A stretch of DNA of 64,000 nt from positions 54,565 through 118,564 of IMG/VR virus record IMGVR_UViG_3300011116_001048, one strand, 5' to 3'. Shown piece by piece: positions 1 through 10,237 of this stretch. A program made the position numbers and the translations under genes. The notes under the pieces are model-generated. The model made no database searches. It saw only the letters and a list, made by a program, of their open reading frames with translations, and was not told the DNA's origin. Positions within the stretch are counted from its first letter, which is position 1, and each line of letters opens with the position of its first letter. The stretch comes from a virus.

Positions 1-117
1 GATATCTCCGAAGACACTCTAAGTCTTATCAACAAAGAGATTGATGGGATGGAAGCAGAAAACAAAGAAGAGTTAAAGAATATTGTGCGTGAGCTTTATA
101 TGGAGAGTTTAGAGTGA
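1..117 (+). CDS. gp47: 3' end of T4-like recombination endonuclease subunit gp47 (SbcD/Mre11-like), partial
   Basis: Frame 1 reads DISEDTLSLINKEIDG...LKNIVRELYMESLE*, resembling gp47 C-termini; its TGA overlaps the GTG start of gp46 (GTGA), the usual 47-46 order. Confidence 0.7.
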   Translation, partial: DISEDTLSLINKEIDGMEAENKEELKNIVRELYMESLE

Positions 118-1838
118 TCACATTCAAGACTGTTCGTTTTAAGAATTTTGGTTCTTTCGGTAATACCTTTACTGAAATTAACCTAAACAAAAATAACACA
201 ACTCTGGTGTGTGGTTCTAATGGTAACGGTAAGTCGTTTGCTTTCCTAGACTCTATCTCGTTTGCCCTATTTGGCAAACCGTTTCGTAACATGAACATTC
301 CCCAACTTGTAAATAGCATCAACAAGAAAAATTGTGTGGTGGAATTAGAATTCAGTATTGGTAAAACCGAATACAAAATTGTTCGTGGTTTGGCTCCCAA
401 AGTGTTTAAGATCTACAAGGACGATGAGCTACTGAATGAAGACGCTAAGAGTAAAGACTACCAGAAGATCCTAGAAGAACAAATTGTGGGCATGAATCAT
501 AAGACGTTCTCTCAAGTGGTTGTGCTTGGCTCATCTTCGTTTATTCCGTTCATGCAGTTAACCCCAGCAGATCGTCGTCTAGTTATTGAAAATATTTTAG
601 ACATCGGTATCTTCTCAGAGATGAATGGTGTACTAAAAACCAAGATTGGTACTGCCAAAGGCAACCTACAGGCAGTAGAGTCTGAACTATTGTTAGTAAA
701 CGAAAAAGTTTCTGCAACCAAAGAGGTGTTGGAGTCGTACCAACGCAACACGTCAGATCGTGTGGCAGACCGTAAAAAGACTCTGGAAGAAAACACCGAA
801 ACCATCAAGGCCCTTTCCAAGGAGATCAAAGCTCTTCAAAAGACCATGAAGGAACTGGAAGCCGAAACAGAACCGGGAGATCAGATCAGTGCTGAACTTA
901 AAAAACAACAAATTGTACTTTTTAAACTGGAAAGTACTATTGAGGGAGTTCAAGAAGACATCAAGTTCTTTGAAAAGAACCAAAGTTGCCCAACCTGCAA
1001 ACAAACCATCAGCAAGGAACACAAAGAAACAGTTATTGCTGAAAAGACAGAAAAAGCACAAGAACATAACCGTTCACTGGAACGCATAAAAGAAGCAATC
1101 AATATGTCTAAGAATAATTTGAACAAGATTACCAGTGTTCAAAATAAACTTAATGATCTAATCATCAAAGCTTCTGCCAAAGAGCAAACAGTAGAGTCTC
1201 TGGTTAAACTAAACCAAAAGTTAGATCAGGAGATGCTGGCGGTTGTAGAAACCGCAGACACACAAGCCAAGATTCAAGAAGCACAGGAACGTCTTTCTGA
1301 TCTGCTATCCAAACAAGAAAAACTTTTGGAAAAAAAACAGAAAGCTCTTGACACGCTCCGTTCGTATGATAAACTGGTATTCTTGTTCAAGGACAGTGGA
1401 ATCAAAGCCAAGATTGTAAAATACTATATTCCACTAATTAACAAGTACGTGAACAAGTATCTAAACAACATGGACTTCTACGCAAACTTCCATCTAGACG
1501 AGGAGTTTAACGAAGTCATTAAGAGCCGCCATCGTGACGAGTTCTGTTACGAATCGTTCAGCGAAGGCGAGAAAATGAGAATCGATCTGGCACTGCTTCT
1601 GACATGGCGAGAGATCGCAAAGTTGAAGAACAGTGTCAATACTAATCTGCTTATTCTGGATGAAGTATTTGATTCCAGTTTGGACAGTGGTGGAGTGGAT
1701 GAGCTAATGAAACTGCTGTCTAGTTTTGGTGCCCGTGCAAACGTCTATGTCATTAGCCATAAGACGGACCAACTACTAGATAGATTCAATCACGTTGTTC
1801 AATTCGACAAGAAAAAGAACTTTAGTAGGATTGTATGA
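114..1838 (+). CDS. gp46: Recombination endonuclease ATPase subunit gp46 (SbcC/Rad50-like)
   Basis: Walker A GSNGNGKS, coiled coil with CPTC zinc hook, signature FSEGEKMRIDLAL, Walker B LLILDEVFD, H-loop VISH. Confidence 0.96.
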   Translation: MITFKTVRFKNFGSFGNTFTEINLNKNNTTLVCGSNGNGKSFAFLDSISFALFGKPFRNMNIPQLVNSINKKNCVVELEFSIGKTEYKIVRGLAPKVFKIYKDDELLNEDAKSKDYQKILEEQIVGMNHKTFSQVVVLGSSSFIPFMQLTPADRRLVIENILDIGIFSEMNGVLKTKIGTAKGNLQAVESELLLVNEKVSATKEVLESYQRNTSDRVADRKKTLEENTETIKALSKEIKALQKTMKELEAETEPGDQISAELKKQQIVLFKLESTIEGVQEDIKFFEKNQSCPTCKQTISKEHKETVIAEKTEKAQEHNRSLERIKEAINMSKNNLNKITSVQNKLNDLIIKASAKEQTVESLVKLNQKLDQEMLAVVETADTQAKIQEAQERLSDLLSKQEKLLEKKQKALDTLRSYDKLVFLFKDSGIKAKIVKYYIPLINKYVNKYLNNMDFYANFHLDEEFNEVIKSRHRDEFCYESFSEGEKMRIDLALLLTWREIAKLKNSVNTNLLILDEVFDSSLDSGGVDELMKLLSSFGARANVYVISHKTDQLLDRFNHVVQFDKKKNFSRIV

Positions 1839-2029
1839 GAAAAAAACAAGATAAAAGAAAAATACCATATCAAGGATCTCCACATAAGTTTAGAGTTCCT
1901 GATGCTTATCTTAAAAATCCTAAATTGTGGGAAGCTAAAATTAAAAAAGAAGAAGATAAAAAGAAAAAAGAAGAAGCAGAATTTTTTGAATGGTATAATA
2001 AAGAACTGAAAAAATACGGATATAAATGA
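1835..2029 (+). CDS. Small Lys/Glu-rich hypothetical protein
   Basis: 64-aa ORF with ATGA overlaps to both neighbours. Confidence 0.55.
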   Translation: MRKKQDKRKIPYQGSPHKFRVPDAYLKNPKLWEAKIKKEEDKKKKEEAEFFEWYNKELKKYGYK

Positions 2030-2766
2030 AAAAGAAAAAGAAAAAGGTGTCACGCCGCATCGGTAGGGGAGATTCTGTAGACTCGCTAATTATGGGTAGC
2101 GAGCCTATATGGAAGGATGCAGACAAGCTAACTCCAGAAGAATACGATACCAAGATCCTTAAGGCTATTAACTGGTACAGTTATTCGTGTGACAATAACA
2201 TGTGCAAGCCATGGGTCATCGACTGGATGATGAAGAACGAGTATTCTAAAAAGGACATCAAGGCGGCTGCAGCATGCGATATCAATGCTATGGAGTTTAT
2301 GTATATTGGTAGCCGTTGCCGTATTATGAATCTGGGGGCTAAACTACGACCAGAAACTCTGGATATGATCAAGAAGAACGTAGACCAGATTATTCATCAG
2401 GGGTTGATTCGTCCGGCTAAGATCGAAGATCCTAACAAGGAAAGGGTTAATGTTCAAGAACGTATTCTAAAGAAGAGTATAGAATACATGGCCGTAATTG
2501 AAGGCCGTATTGATCATTTTTACGATCTTGCAATCCACGATGGACTAAAGAACGTAGATCATACTGAATGGCTTCGTAGTGAAGGCATCAAGCCTGTACA
2601 CTATAAGCGTTTAGCTAAAGTTCTAGACCCACACATTAAAGAACTAAAAACAGCATATAAAGGCCAAGATGCAGATCTTAAAGAAGGATTTTCGTTCCTC
2701 GGTAAACGTAAGATCAAACAAATGATAACTACATTAGAGGAATTTAAGGAAATTCTTAATGGCTAA
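2026..2766 (+). CDS. Hypothetical protein
   Basis: 246-aa ORF, coupled to neighbours, codon style like the core genes. Confidence 0.8.
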   Translation: MKKKKKKVSRRIGRGDSVDSLIMGSEPIWKDADKLTPEEYDTKILKAINWYSYSCDNNMCKPWVIDWMMKNEYSKKDIKAAAACDINAMEFMYIGSRCRIMNLGAKLRPETLDMIKKNVDQIIHQGLIRPAKIEDPNKERVNVQERILKKSIEYMAVIEGRIDHFYDLAIHDGLKNVDHTEWLRSEGIKPVHYKRLAKVLDPHIKELKTAYKGQDADLKEGFSFLGKRKIKQMITTLEEFKEILNG

Positions 2767-3079
2767 TTTTCCAACAATATTTAAAGTAACAGACGGTTCT
2801 GGAAATTGTATACAATACGCCAAAGGTGATGTTGTATATAAAAATGGAGAAGCGTATATTGCAAAAGTAATTCCTACACCGTGTCTTTCTCCGGAGCACA
2901 AAGCGTCAGGATGGGAACCACTAGCAAGTGAAAGAACTGGAACAACAGTAACTTATTACAATTCCACTACCGCACCCGCCAGAGTGGTTCAGGGAGATGA
3001 ATGGTTCAATCCAAGTACTGGAAGATTGTACAAATATATTATTGATTCAAATTCCGAACAATGGGTACAAATCTTTTGA
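2759..3079 (+). CDS. Hypothetical protein (possible small carbohydrate-binding/virion module)
   Basis: 106 aa; YAKGDVVYKNGEAYIA...W and GDEWFNPSTGRLYKY...QWV resemble aromatic repeats of tail-associated modules. Confidence 0.65.
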   Translation: MANFPTIFKVTDGSGNCIQYAKGDVVYKNGEAYIAKVIPTPCLSPEHKASGWEPLASERTGTTVTYYNSTTAPARVVQGDEWFNPSTGRLYKYIIDSNSEQWVQIF

Positions 3080-3103
3080 CTTTTGTTTTTTCTGTGGTAT
3101 ATT
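3076..3103 (+). promoter_or_regulatory. sigma70-like promoter of the RNase H gene
   Basis: TTGACT-16 nt-TATATT, with ATG 7 nt after the -10. Confidence 0.6.
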
Positions 3104-3109
3104 TAAATC

Positions 3110-3946
3110 ATGTTACTTATTGACAACAACCAGATTATTCTGGCTAATATTTTTCAGGCATCCAAAGATGGCGAACCCTTGAATGAAGATTATGTTCGCC
3201 ATACGGTTCTGAACACGTATCGTAAATATCGCACAAAGTTTCGCAATTATGGAGAAATGATTCTCTGTAATGACGGAAATAATTATTGGCGCAAAGAGAT
3301 TTTTCCTTATTATAAGGCAAATCGTAAAAAGCAGCAAGAATCTAAGAAAGAAGAATGGAAAGCTGTTTTTGATGTACTGGATAATCTAAGAGAAGAAATT
3401 AAAGACGTTTTTCCGTATCCTAGCATTCGTATGCAAGGAGCAGAAGCAGACGATATTATTTACACTCTTTGCAAGACTTATTCGCCATCCGAAAAAGTTC
3501 TTATTATTTCTAACGATAAAGACTTTCAACAATTACAGATGTTTCCAAATGTAGAGCAATACAGCCCCACTACAGATAAATATCTTACATGTTCCGATCC
3601 TCGTGGATTTCTTTTTGAACATGTAATTGGTGGTGATTCTAGTGACGGAATTCCTAATATTCTGAGCGATGACGATACCTTTGTGCAAGACGGAAAGCGC
3701 CAAACACCATTAACTCAAAAACGAATTACACAAATTAAAAAGGACGCGGAATTGTCCACATTTTATGAAAATCCTAAATATGTTAGAAACAGTACACTAA
3801 TTGATATGAGTAATGTACCACAAGATCTACAAGATCGTATTTTAGAATCTTATCAGTCTCAGAAAGGAAAAGGCAGAACCAAGCTGCTTCAGTATTTTAT
3901 TGATCATAAACTGAAGAGTCTCATGCCACATTTAGAGGAGTTTTGA
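3110..3946 (+). CDS. rnh: T4-like RNase H (5'-3' exonuclease/FEN family)
   Basis: LLIDNNQI, NYWRKEIFPYYKANRK, EADDII, ISNDKDFQQL, GDSSDGIPNI, NSTLID motifs. Confidence 0.93.
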   Translation: MLLIDNNQIILANIFQASKDGEPLNEDYVRHTVLNTYRKYRTKFRNYGEMILCNDGNNYWRKEIFPYYKANRKKQQESKKEEWKAVFDVLDNLREEIKDVFPYPSIRMQGAEADDIIYTLCKTYSPSEKVLIISNDKDFQQLQMFPNVEQYSPTTDKYLTCSDPRGFLFEHVIGGDSSDGIPNILSDDDTFVQDGKRQTPLTQKRITQIKKDAELSTFYENPKYVRNSTLIDMSNVPQDLQDRILESYQSQKGKGRTKLLQYFIDHKLKSLMPHLEEF

Positions 3947-4128
3947 TGTATACCCCAGAACCTGAATCAGAGTATGAGCGTTGGAAGCGTGAACAAAAAG
4001 AACGTAAGCAAGCGCGAAAAACAAAACGCCCTCGCAAACCAAATCAACAACAGTGGTTAAATGATCTTCGCCACGGATACACATCTGATGGCGATGATTT
4101 TGAAAATTTTGAACGATTTAACAAATAA
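3946..4128 (+). CDS. Small hypothetical protein
   Basis: 60-aa ORF overlapping the rnh stop (TGATG). Confidence 0.55.
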   Translation: MYTPEPESEYERWKREQKERKQARKTKRPRKPNQQQWLNDLRHGYTSDGDDFENFERFNK

Positions 4129-4134
4129 AAGGAA

Positions 4135-4830
4135 ATGTATATTATGACTAAAGCGACAACAACAATCTCTAAGGATACGCTGAACATTCTTAAGAATTTC
4201 AGCGGTATTAATTCTAATCTGTATGTAAAGCCCGGTTCAAAGATTACAACTATGTCCCCTACCAAGAACATCATGGCAGAGGTAGAAGTTGAAGAATCTT
4301 TTGATACTGAGTTTGGTATTTGGGATCTGAACAAGCTTCTGGGTGTTATTTCACTGTTTCAAGAACCAGAATTTGCTTTTGAAAACAAGTACATGACAAT
4401 TACTGGTGCTAGAGGTTCCACTGTAAAATACTATTATTCTGATCCTAAGCTCCTATCATATCCAACTAAGAGCATCAAGAAGATCGATTCTGTCGTAGAG
4501 TTTGATCTTACTGCAGATGACTTTAAGGAACTACAACGAGCAAGTGCTGTTCTAGGCAATCCAGATTTGTGTTTTATTTCTGAAGATGACAAGGTACTTG
4601 CTGTGGTAAAGGATCTCAAGGATCCAACCTGTAACGTGTTCTCTATTGAGGTTGGTGAAAACAAGAACGAAGCCGAGTTTTCATTTAACTTCAAGATGGA
4701 AAACATGAAGATGTTAGATGGAGATTATCACGTAGCTCTGTCTAAGAGCGTGATTGGTCAGTTTACAAACGCCAGTCGTCCACTAACGTATTGGGTGGCT
4801 ATGGATGCCAGCAGCACCTACAAGGGATAA
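4135..4830 (+). CDS. gp45: Sliding clamp gp45
   Basis: ISKDTLNILKNFSGINSNL, FGIWDLNKLLGVISLF, YWVAMD; precedes gp44/gp62. Confidence 0.93.
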   Translation: MYIMTKATTTISKDTLNILKNFSGINSNLYVKPGSKITTMSPTKNIMAEVEVEESFDTEFGIWDLNKLLGVISLFQEPEFAFENKYMTITGARGSTVKYYYSDPKLLSYPTKSIKKIDSVVEFDLTADDFKELQRASAVLGNPDLCFISEDDKVLAVVKDLKDPTCNVFSIEVGENKNEAEFSFNFKMENMKMLDGDYHVALSKSVIGQFTNASRPLTYWVAMDASSTYKG

Positions 4831-4831
4831 T

Positions 4832-5791
4832 ATGCTAACTGCAAATGATGCTATTGGACTTCTCGTTGAGAAGTATCGTCCTGCTATTATTGATCATTGC
4901 GTACTTCCTCAAGACTTGAAGGACACGTTTAATAGTATTGTGGAGTCTGGGGAGTGCCCTAATCTGCTTCTAGCAGGCAAGCCCGGTATGGGTAAGACCA
5001 CAGTAGCCAAGGCACTGTGTACCCAACTAGGCGCAGATTATATTCTGATCAACTGTTCTGAAGACGGTAATATTGATACCCTACGAACCAAGATCCGACA
5101 ATTTGCCAGTACGGTGTCGCTGTCAGAAGGGGCCAAGCAGAAGATCGTTATTCTGGACGAGTTCGACTACTCTAACGCCCAGAGCATTCAGCCAGCCCTT
5201 CGTGGAGCTATTGAAGAGTTTGCTAAGACTTGCCGGTTTATCTTGACGTGCAACTACAAGAACCGTATTATTGAGCCTATCCATTCTCGTTGCACGGTTA
5301 TTGATTTTAATTTCCCTGCAAAGGAACGTCCAGAACTGGCCAAGCAGTTTCTGTCCCGTTGTCAAGGTATTCTAGACGAAGAAGGCATCAAGTACGATCT
5401 CAAGGTGCTGTCTAAGGTCGTCGTCAAGTTTTTTCCGGATTTTCGTCGTACCCTAAACGAACTCCAGAGGTACTCTGCGGCTGGGGTTATTGATATTGGA
5501 ATCCTTAGCACGGCTGGAGAACTTAACATCAAGGAATTGATGGGGTTCTTAAAGACCAAGAACTTTACAGAGATTCGTAAGTGGGTAGCCAACAATCTAG
5601 ACAACAGCCCTCAGGACGTGTTTAGGAAGGTCTACGATGGCTTATACGAGCATCTAGATCCCAAGAGCATTCCTCAAGCAGTTGTGATTATAGGCGAATA
5701 CCAATACAAAACCGCATTTGTAGCGGACCAAGAAATCAATCTGTGTGCGTTTATGGTAGAAGTAATGATGAATTGTGAGTTTAAGGAATGA
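4832..5791 (+). CDS. gp44: Clamp loader large subunit gp44 (AAA+)
   Basis: LVEKYRP, Walker A GKPGMGKT, ILDEFD, IIEPIHSRC (SRC motif), FPDFRRTLNELQRY. ATG at 4832 chosen as it directly follows the gp45 stop. Confidence 0.95.
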   Translation: MLTANDAIGLLVEKYRPAIIDHCVLPQDLKDTFNSIVESGECPNLLLAGKPGMGKTTVAKALCTQLGADYILINCSEDGNIDTLRTKIRQFASTVSLSEGAKQKIVILDEFDYSNAQSIQPALRGAIEEFAKTCRFILTCNYKNRIIEPIHSRCTVIDFNFPAKERPELAKQFLSRCQGILDEEGIKYDLKVLSKVVVKFFPDFRRTLNELQRYSAAGVIDIGILSTAGELNIKELMGFLKTKNFTEIRKWVANNLDNSPQDVFRKVYDGLYEHLDPKSIPQAVVIIGEYQYKTAFVADQEINLCAFMVEVMMNCEFKE

Positions 5792-6183
5792 ATCCGTTTG
5801 ACTTCCTAAATTCCATAAATCAAACAAAAATTCCACTTATGGACGAAGACCCCGGGTGCGAACGGGAGTACAATCCATTTCTAGCCAATCGTGGTCTTTC
5901 GTACTTTTCTGATACTATATTTTTGGCAAATGAAATGAACCGCTTACCAGGTTTGGGCAAAAAGCTCCAGTACGACTTTCTTCGAGTATCTGCCCGAGCC
6001 CGTAAACGATACAGTAAGTGGATCAAGGACGAGTCTAATGACCGTATAGACGCTTTAAAGACCCTATACGGTTACTCCCATACCAAAGCCAAACAGGCAG
6101 CAGAACTAATATCAGAAGACGATTGGAAGCTTATTTTTGCTCGTTTGAATCAAGGTGGCACAAATACTAAAATTCCTAAATAA
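5788..6183 (+). CDS. gp62: Clamp loader small subunit gp62
   Basis: PFDFLNSIN, YNPFLANRGLSYFSDTIFLANEMN, QYDFL...RKRYSKW, YGYSHTKA; located between gp44 and regA. Confidence 0.92.
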   Translation: MNPFDFLNSINQTKIPLMDEDPGCEREYNPFLANRGLSYFSDTIFLANEMNRLPGLGKKLQYDFLRVSARARKRYSKWIKDESNDRIDALKTLYGYSHTKAKQAAELISEDDWKLIFARLNQGGTNTKIPK

Positions 6184-6220
6184 TTCCGTGTTACTGAAAT
6201 TTTAATGAAAGCGGATTATT

Positions 6221-6625
6221 ATGGAACCCGAAGATATTTTTGATGGCCTTGGAGTTGAAATTAAATTAAAATCTAAAGACGATTTTCTCAAGGTCAAAGA
6301 AACACTTACCCGCATGGGTGTGTCATCCAAGAAAGAAAAAAAGCTGTATCAAAGTTGTCACATCCTCCACAAGCGAGGACGTTACGCTATTATGCATTTT
6401 AAAGAAATGTTAGATCTTGACGGATTAGAAACAGATATAGACGATACCGACCTTGGCCGTCGTAATATGATTGTAAAGCTGCTAGTAGAATGGGGGCTAG
6501 TAGAAGCAGTCGATCCAGAAGAATATAAAGAACCAATTATTTCTCTGGCTCAATTAAAAATTATTCCCCATAAAGAAAAGAAAGAATGGCAACTGGTGCC
6601 TAAATATCATATAGGAAACTCTTAA
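6221..6625 (+). CDS. regA: Translational repressor RegA
   Basis: DDFLKVKETLTRMGV, LYQSCHILHKRGRYAIMHFKEM, RRNMIVKLLVEWGL, WQLVPKYHIG. Confidence 0.96.
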   Translation: MEPEDIFDGLGVEIKLKSKDDFLKVKETLTRMGVSSKKEKKLYQSCHILHKRGRYAIMHFKEMLDLDGLETDIDDTDLGRRNMIVKLLVEWGLVEAVDPEEYKEPIISLAQLKIIPHKEKKEWQLVPKYHIGNS

Positions 6626-6627
6626 TC

Positions 6628-7266
6628 ATGAAAACTGAAGTGATTTCTTTTTATAGTGACATAGACGGTAAAACATATTACAGCGATCATGCAAAACGGC
6701 TACACGAACAGTTAGTTCGTTTAAATATACCACATGATATCAGACAAAAAGATTCTTTAGGTTCGTATCAAAAAAATTGTCTGAGTAAACCACAATTCAT
6801 TTATCAACTGTTAGTCCAAAAACAAAAACCACTTGTTTGGTTGGATATTGATTCAGACGTGCGAAAAGATCTGAATATATTTGATCAATTTATAGGAAAT
6901 ACAGATTTGGCAGTCGCATGTTCTACCAACAAACTGCACGCAGCAAAAGCATCACCGATCTATTTAGATTTTAATTCCAAAGTATTGGAATTTTTACAAC
7001 ACTGGACCTTTATGGCAAAACAAATGGCTAACAATGGCCAATGGTTTGATCATGAAGCTTTAATAGGAATTTTACACTCTTTCTACCAAAAAGAAGGATT
7101 TCGTATGAAATTTATAGGTCCAGAATATTGTGTATGGCCCGGTCAAGAAAATGAACATTCGGCTATTGTAATGGGTCTAGCGGATGCTGATTCAAAGAAA
7201 GAAGCTCTGAAAAGATTAGGAATGAGTGAGGATTTAATAGCATGGCAGAGTCCCGGTACAAAATAA
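6628..7266 (+). CDS. Putative GT-A fold nucleotide-diphospho-sugar transferase
   Basis: KPQFI...LVWLDIDS (DxD) and late DHEAL motif. Confidence 0.65.
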   Translation: MKTEVISFYSDIDGKTYYSDHAKRLHEQLVRLNIPHDIRQKDSLGSYQKNCLSKPQFIYQLLVQKQKPLVWLDIDSDVRKDLNIFDQFIGNTDLAVACSTNKLHAAKASPIYLDFNSKVLEFLQHWTFMAKQMANNGQWFDHEALIGILHSFYQKEGFRMKFIGPEYCVWPGQENEHSAIVMGLADADSKKEALKRLGMSEDLIAWQSPGTK

Positions 7267-8126
7267 AAGGAATAGGTCTTCCTTTTGATGCGTCTCATTC
7301 GTCTTGTTCTAATATAAAACCAAAAAAATTTGATTGGAATTTACAAACAGGAATATGTAACGTCCATGTTGATCGTGGATTGATGATTCGTCCTGATTAT
7401 TCTTTTGAAAAAAATAAAACATTCGGATGGGTGTGTGAGTCCAAATTTATTGTTCCGGACGTTTATAATTTTTTAATTCATAATTATAAAATTTTATTTG
7501 AAAATTATTATAATAAAATATTTACATGCGATCATGAATTATTATCTTTGCATAAAAATTTTATATATTGCCCTAATGGTAGTAATTATCCTTGGGTAAA
7601 TAAAAATGATTGGAAAATTTACTCTAAAAATAAAACATGTTCGATGTTTTGTTCTCCAAAATTGATGACAGAAGGGCATGTATACAGACATCAAATTGCG
7701 AGATTAGCTCTTGATTGTGGTTTTGATGTATTTGGCGGTGCACACGGAACAAAAAGAACAGTAACAGATATACGCAATCCATGGAATACTAAAATAGATG
7801 GTATCAGAGATTATATGTTTAGTATCGTGGTAGAAAATGGTGTTTACGATGCGTACACCACAGAAAAAATAACAGATTGTTTTGCCACAGGTACTATTCC
7901 TATATACGTAGGAACAAAACAAATCCCAAGCTGTTTTGATCCACAGGGAATTATTTGGTTGGAAATGGACAAAGAAAAACAAATACTTGATACTTTAACC
8001 GAAGAATTATACATATCTAAGATTAAGTCAATAGAGCACAATTTAAATGCTTTGAGTCATTTTAAATTAGCAGATGATTACTTATACGAGATGATAGAAC
8101 ATGAAATTTTTAACCCAACTAAATAG
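7242..8126 (+). CDS. Putative GT10-like (fucosyltransferase-family) glycosyltransferase
   Basis: C-terminal YMFSIVVEN...YTTEKITDCFATGTIPIYVG is the GT10 alpha-1,3-FucT-type motif. Confidence 0.7.
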   Translation: MAESRYKIKGIGLPFDASHSSCSNIKPKKFDWNLQTGICNVHVDRGLMIRPDYSFEKNKTFGWVCESKFIVPDVYNFLIHNYKILFENYYNKIFTCDHELLSLHKNFIYCPNGSNYPWVNKNDWKIYSKNKTCSMFCSPKLMTEGHVYRHQIARLALDCGFDVFGGAHGTKRTVTDIRNPWNTKIDGIRDYMFSIVVENGVYDAYTTEKITDCFATGTIPIYVGTKQIPSCFDPQGIIWLEMDKEKQILDTLTEELYISKIKSIEHNLNALSHFKLADDYLYEMIEHEIFNPTK

Positions 8127-8763
8127 TGGCTGTATTGATATCTGTAAAAATATGATTAAATCTGGAGAATTAGTAGGATTAAATCCAGATGATTTTATTA
8201 TTGCTTGCCTGGATAAAAATGCACACAACGAATTGAAGCATTATAAAGGTGCGTTTTTATATCAAGAAACACCATTAACAAATTATCAAAATTGGTCTTT
8301 TGATCCGTCTAGTAATTTTAGACAAATTGTTAAAAATAAATGGAAATTAATTAAAGAAATATACCAAACACATAAATCTCTTTGTTGGATCGATACGGAT
8401 ATTGTGTTTAAATCAAATCCATTACCCATAATCGACAACCACACTCATATACTGTTTCAATGCGATACTCCCGGTTCTTTTATTTGTTCTGGATTTATGG
8501 TATTTAATAATACAAAAGAATGTGAACAACTAATATCTGAATGTGGAGAAAACACAGAAGAAGACGATCAAATTTTAATCAACAATAAAGTAAGAAAGTA
8601 CGCAAACAGCTGTGGCATATTAGATCAAGAAAAATTTCCAAATGGTTATGTGTATCATACACTAGGAAAGAAAGACAAAGCCGTGATAGTGCACAATAAT
8701 CATATGGTGGGGATTGATACAAAAATTAATAAATTTAAACAAGAAGGAATGTGGCATATATGA
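8101..8763 (+). CDS. Nucleotide-diphospho-sugar transferase (GT77-like)
   Basis: WIDTDIVF, ICSGFM, DDQILIN, FPNG, VHNNHMVGIDTKINKFKQEGMW. Confidence 0.72.
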   Translation: MKFLTQLNSGCIDICKNMIKSGELVGLNPDDFIIACLDKNAHNELKHYKGAFLYQETPLTNYQNWSFDPSSNFRQIVKNKWKLIKEIYQTHKSLCWIDTDIVFKSNPLPIIDNHTHILFQCDTPGSFICSGFMVFNNTKECEQLISECGENTEEDDQILINNKVRKYANSCGILDQEKFPNGYVYHTLGKKDKAVIVHNNHMVGIDTKINKFKQEGMWHI

Positions 8764-9608
8764 TCTATACAGAAGACCGATTTAGAATTAAACCCAGTTA
8801 TCCAACATATCCACCATATCATATTGGTGATTATCTTGAAGATTATTTTTATAATAAATTTTCAAAAGAATTACCACATGTAAATGCAGATTATATTGGT
8901 ATAAGTTGGACTACACTATACTGTGATAATAAAAAACAAGATCTCCAAGAATATTTAAATAATCTTCCTATAAATGGTAACTATTTTACAGTGAGTCAAC
9001 ACGATGATGCTCCCATGGAGCATTTACCAAAAAATACTTTGTGTTTTTCTGCTGGAGGAAATATACAAAAATCTGGTATAGTACCAATACCTTTAGTTTG
9101 TTCAGAATTACCAATAAAATCACAACAAGAAACACATAAACGAGAATTGCTTGCATGTTTTGTTGGTTCTTATACTCACCCTATCAGACAAAAATTAATG
9201 AAAATTTGTGAAAATATAAAAGATATTACATTTTATATGAGACAATCAACTGGTAAGCCTTTGATACAAGATGAATTTAAAATGTTTATAAACAGTGCAA
9301 TAAACAGTAAATTTTGTTTATGTCCTAGAGGATACGGTTTAAATAGTTTTAGATTATATGAATGTATGCAATTGGGTTGCATACCAGTTATTATAACAAA
9401 TAAATTTTATTTACCATGGGAAGATGAATTAAATTGGAATGATTTTTCTGTTCTGATAACAGAAAATGATTTACCCAATTTAGAAAATATTTTACGATCA
9501 TATTCCGATGAAAAAATAGAATATATGAGAAATAAAATAAAACAACTATGGCCTATTTATTTTTCTCTAAATGGTGTTTATAACAATATAATCAAGAGAA
9601 TCAAATAA
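8760..9608 (+). CDS. Exostosin-family (GT47-like) glycosyltransferase
   Basis: FVGSYTHPIRQ, SKFCLCPRGYGLNSFRLYECMQLGCIPVII, LPWEDELNWNDFSV. Confidence 0.8.
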   Translation: MIYTEDRFRIKPSYPTYPPYHIGDYLEDYFYNKFSKELPHVNADYIGISWTTLYCDNKKQDLQEYLNNLPINGNYFTVSQHDDAPMEHLPKNTLCFSAGGNIQKSGIVPIPLVCSELPIKSQQETHKRELLACFVGSYTHPIRQKLMKICENIKDITFYMRQSTGKPLIQDEFKMFINSAINSKFCLCPRGYGLNSFRLYECMQLGCIPVIITNKFYLPWEDELNWNDFSVLITENDLPNLENILRSYSDEKIEYMRNKIKQLWPIYFSLNGVYNNIIKRIK

Positions 9609-10237
9609 TGAAAATATTTTTAGTACACAAAAAAGGATTAAAAAACAGACTTAATAACATTTTAGAGTTATTAACTAAATGTAATTTTGTAGAAGATATA
9701 GAAATTGTTACTTCTGAAGATAGCTCTGTTGTATTTGCTTCAGATGCGGAAAGAAATTCAATACTTCTTCCTAATTTTCCAAACAAAAATTTAACAAATA
9801 AAGAAAAATCATTATATCATAAACAATATAAAATATTAGAAAAAATATCAAATTTAACAGAACCTGCATTAGTTTTTGAAGATGATGTTTTTTTTGATCC
9901 TATAATTCTAGAAAAATTTATTGCTGATTTAAAAAATATTCCTAATGATTGGGATTTTATATTTTTTGGAACCGGTTGTAATTTAAGTATAGAAGGACAG
10001 GGATTTGTTAAAAACACAAAACTATTAAAGTCAAAATGTACAGACAGCATGTTAATAACACCATCAGCTGCTAATAAATTATTTAATGAGATAAAACAAA
10101 ATAAAGCATATTATGCATACGATTGGGATTTAAATTATAGGTTTCTTAAATTAAATATGAATGTATACTGGTATGAGCCAGGTATAACTATTCAGGGTTC
10201 ACAAAATAACATTTATAAAAGTGAAATACAAATATGA
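9608..10237 (+). CDS. GT25-like glycosyltransferase
   Basis: SLYHKQ, LVFEDDV, WDFIFFG, CTDSMLITPSAA, DWDLN. Confidence 0.7.
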   Translation: MKIFLVHKKGLKNRLNNILELLTKCNFVEDIEIVTSEDSSVVFASDAERNSILLPNFPNKNLTNKEKSLYHKQYKILEKISNLTEPALVFEDDVFFDPIILEKFIADLKNIPNDWDFIFFGTGCNLSIEGQGFVKNTKLLKSKCTDSMLITPSAANKLFNEIKQNKAYYAYDWDLNYRFLKLNMNVYWYEPGITIQGSQNNIYKSEIQI

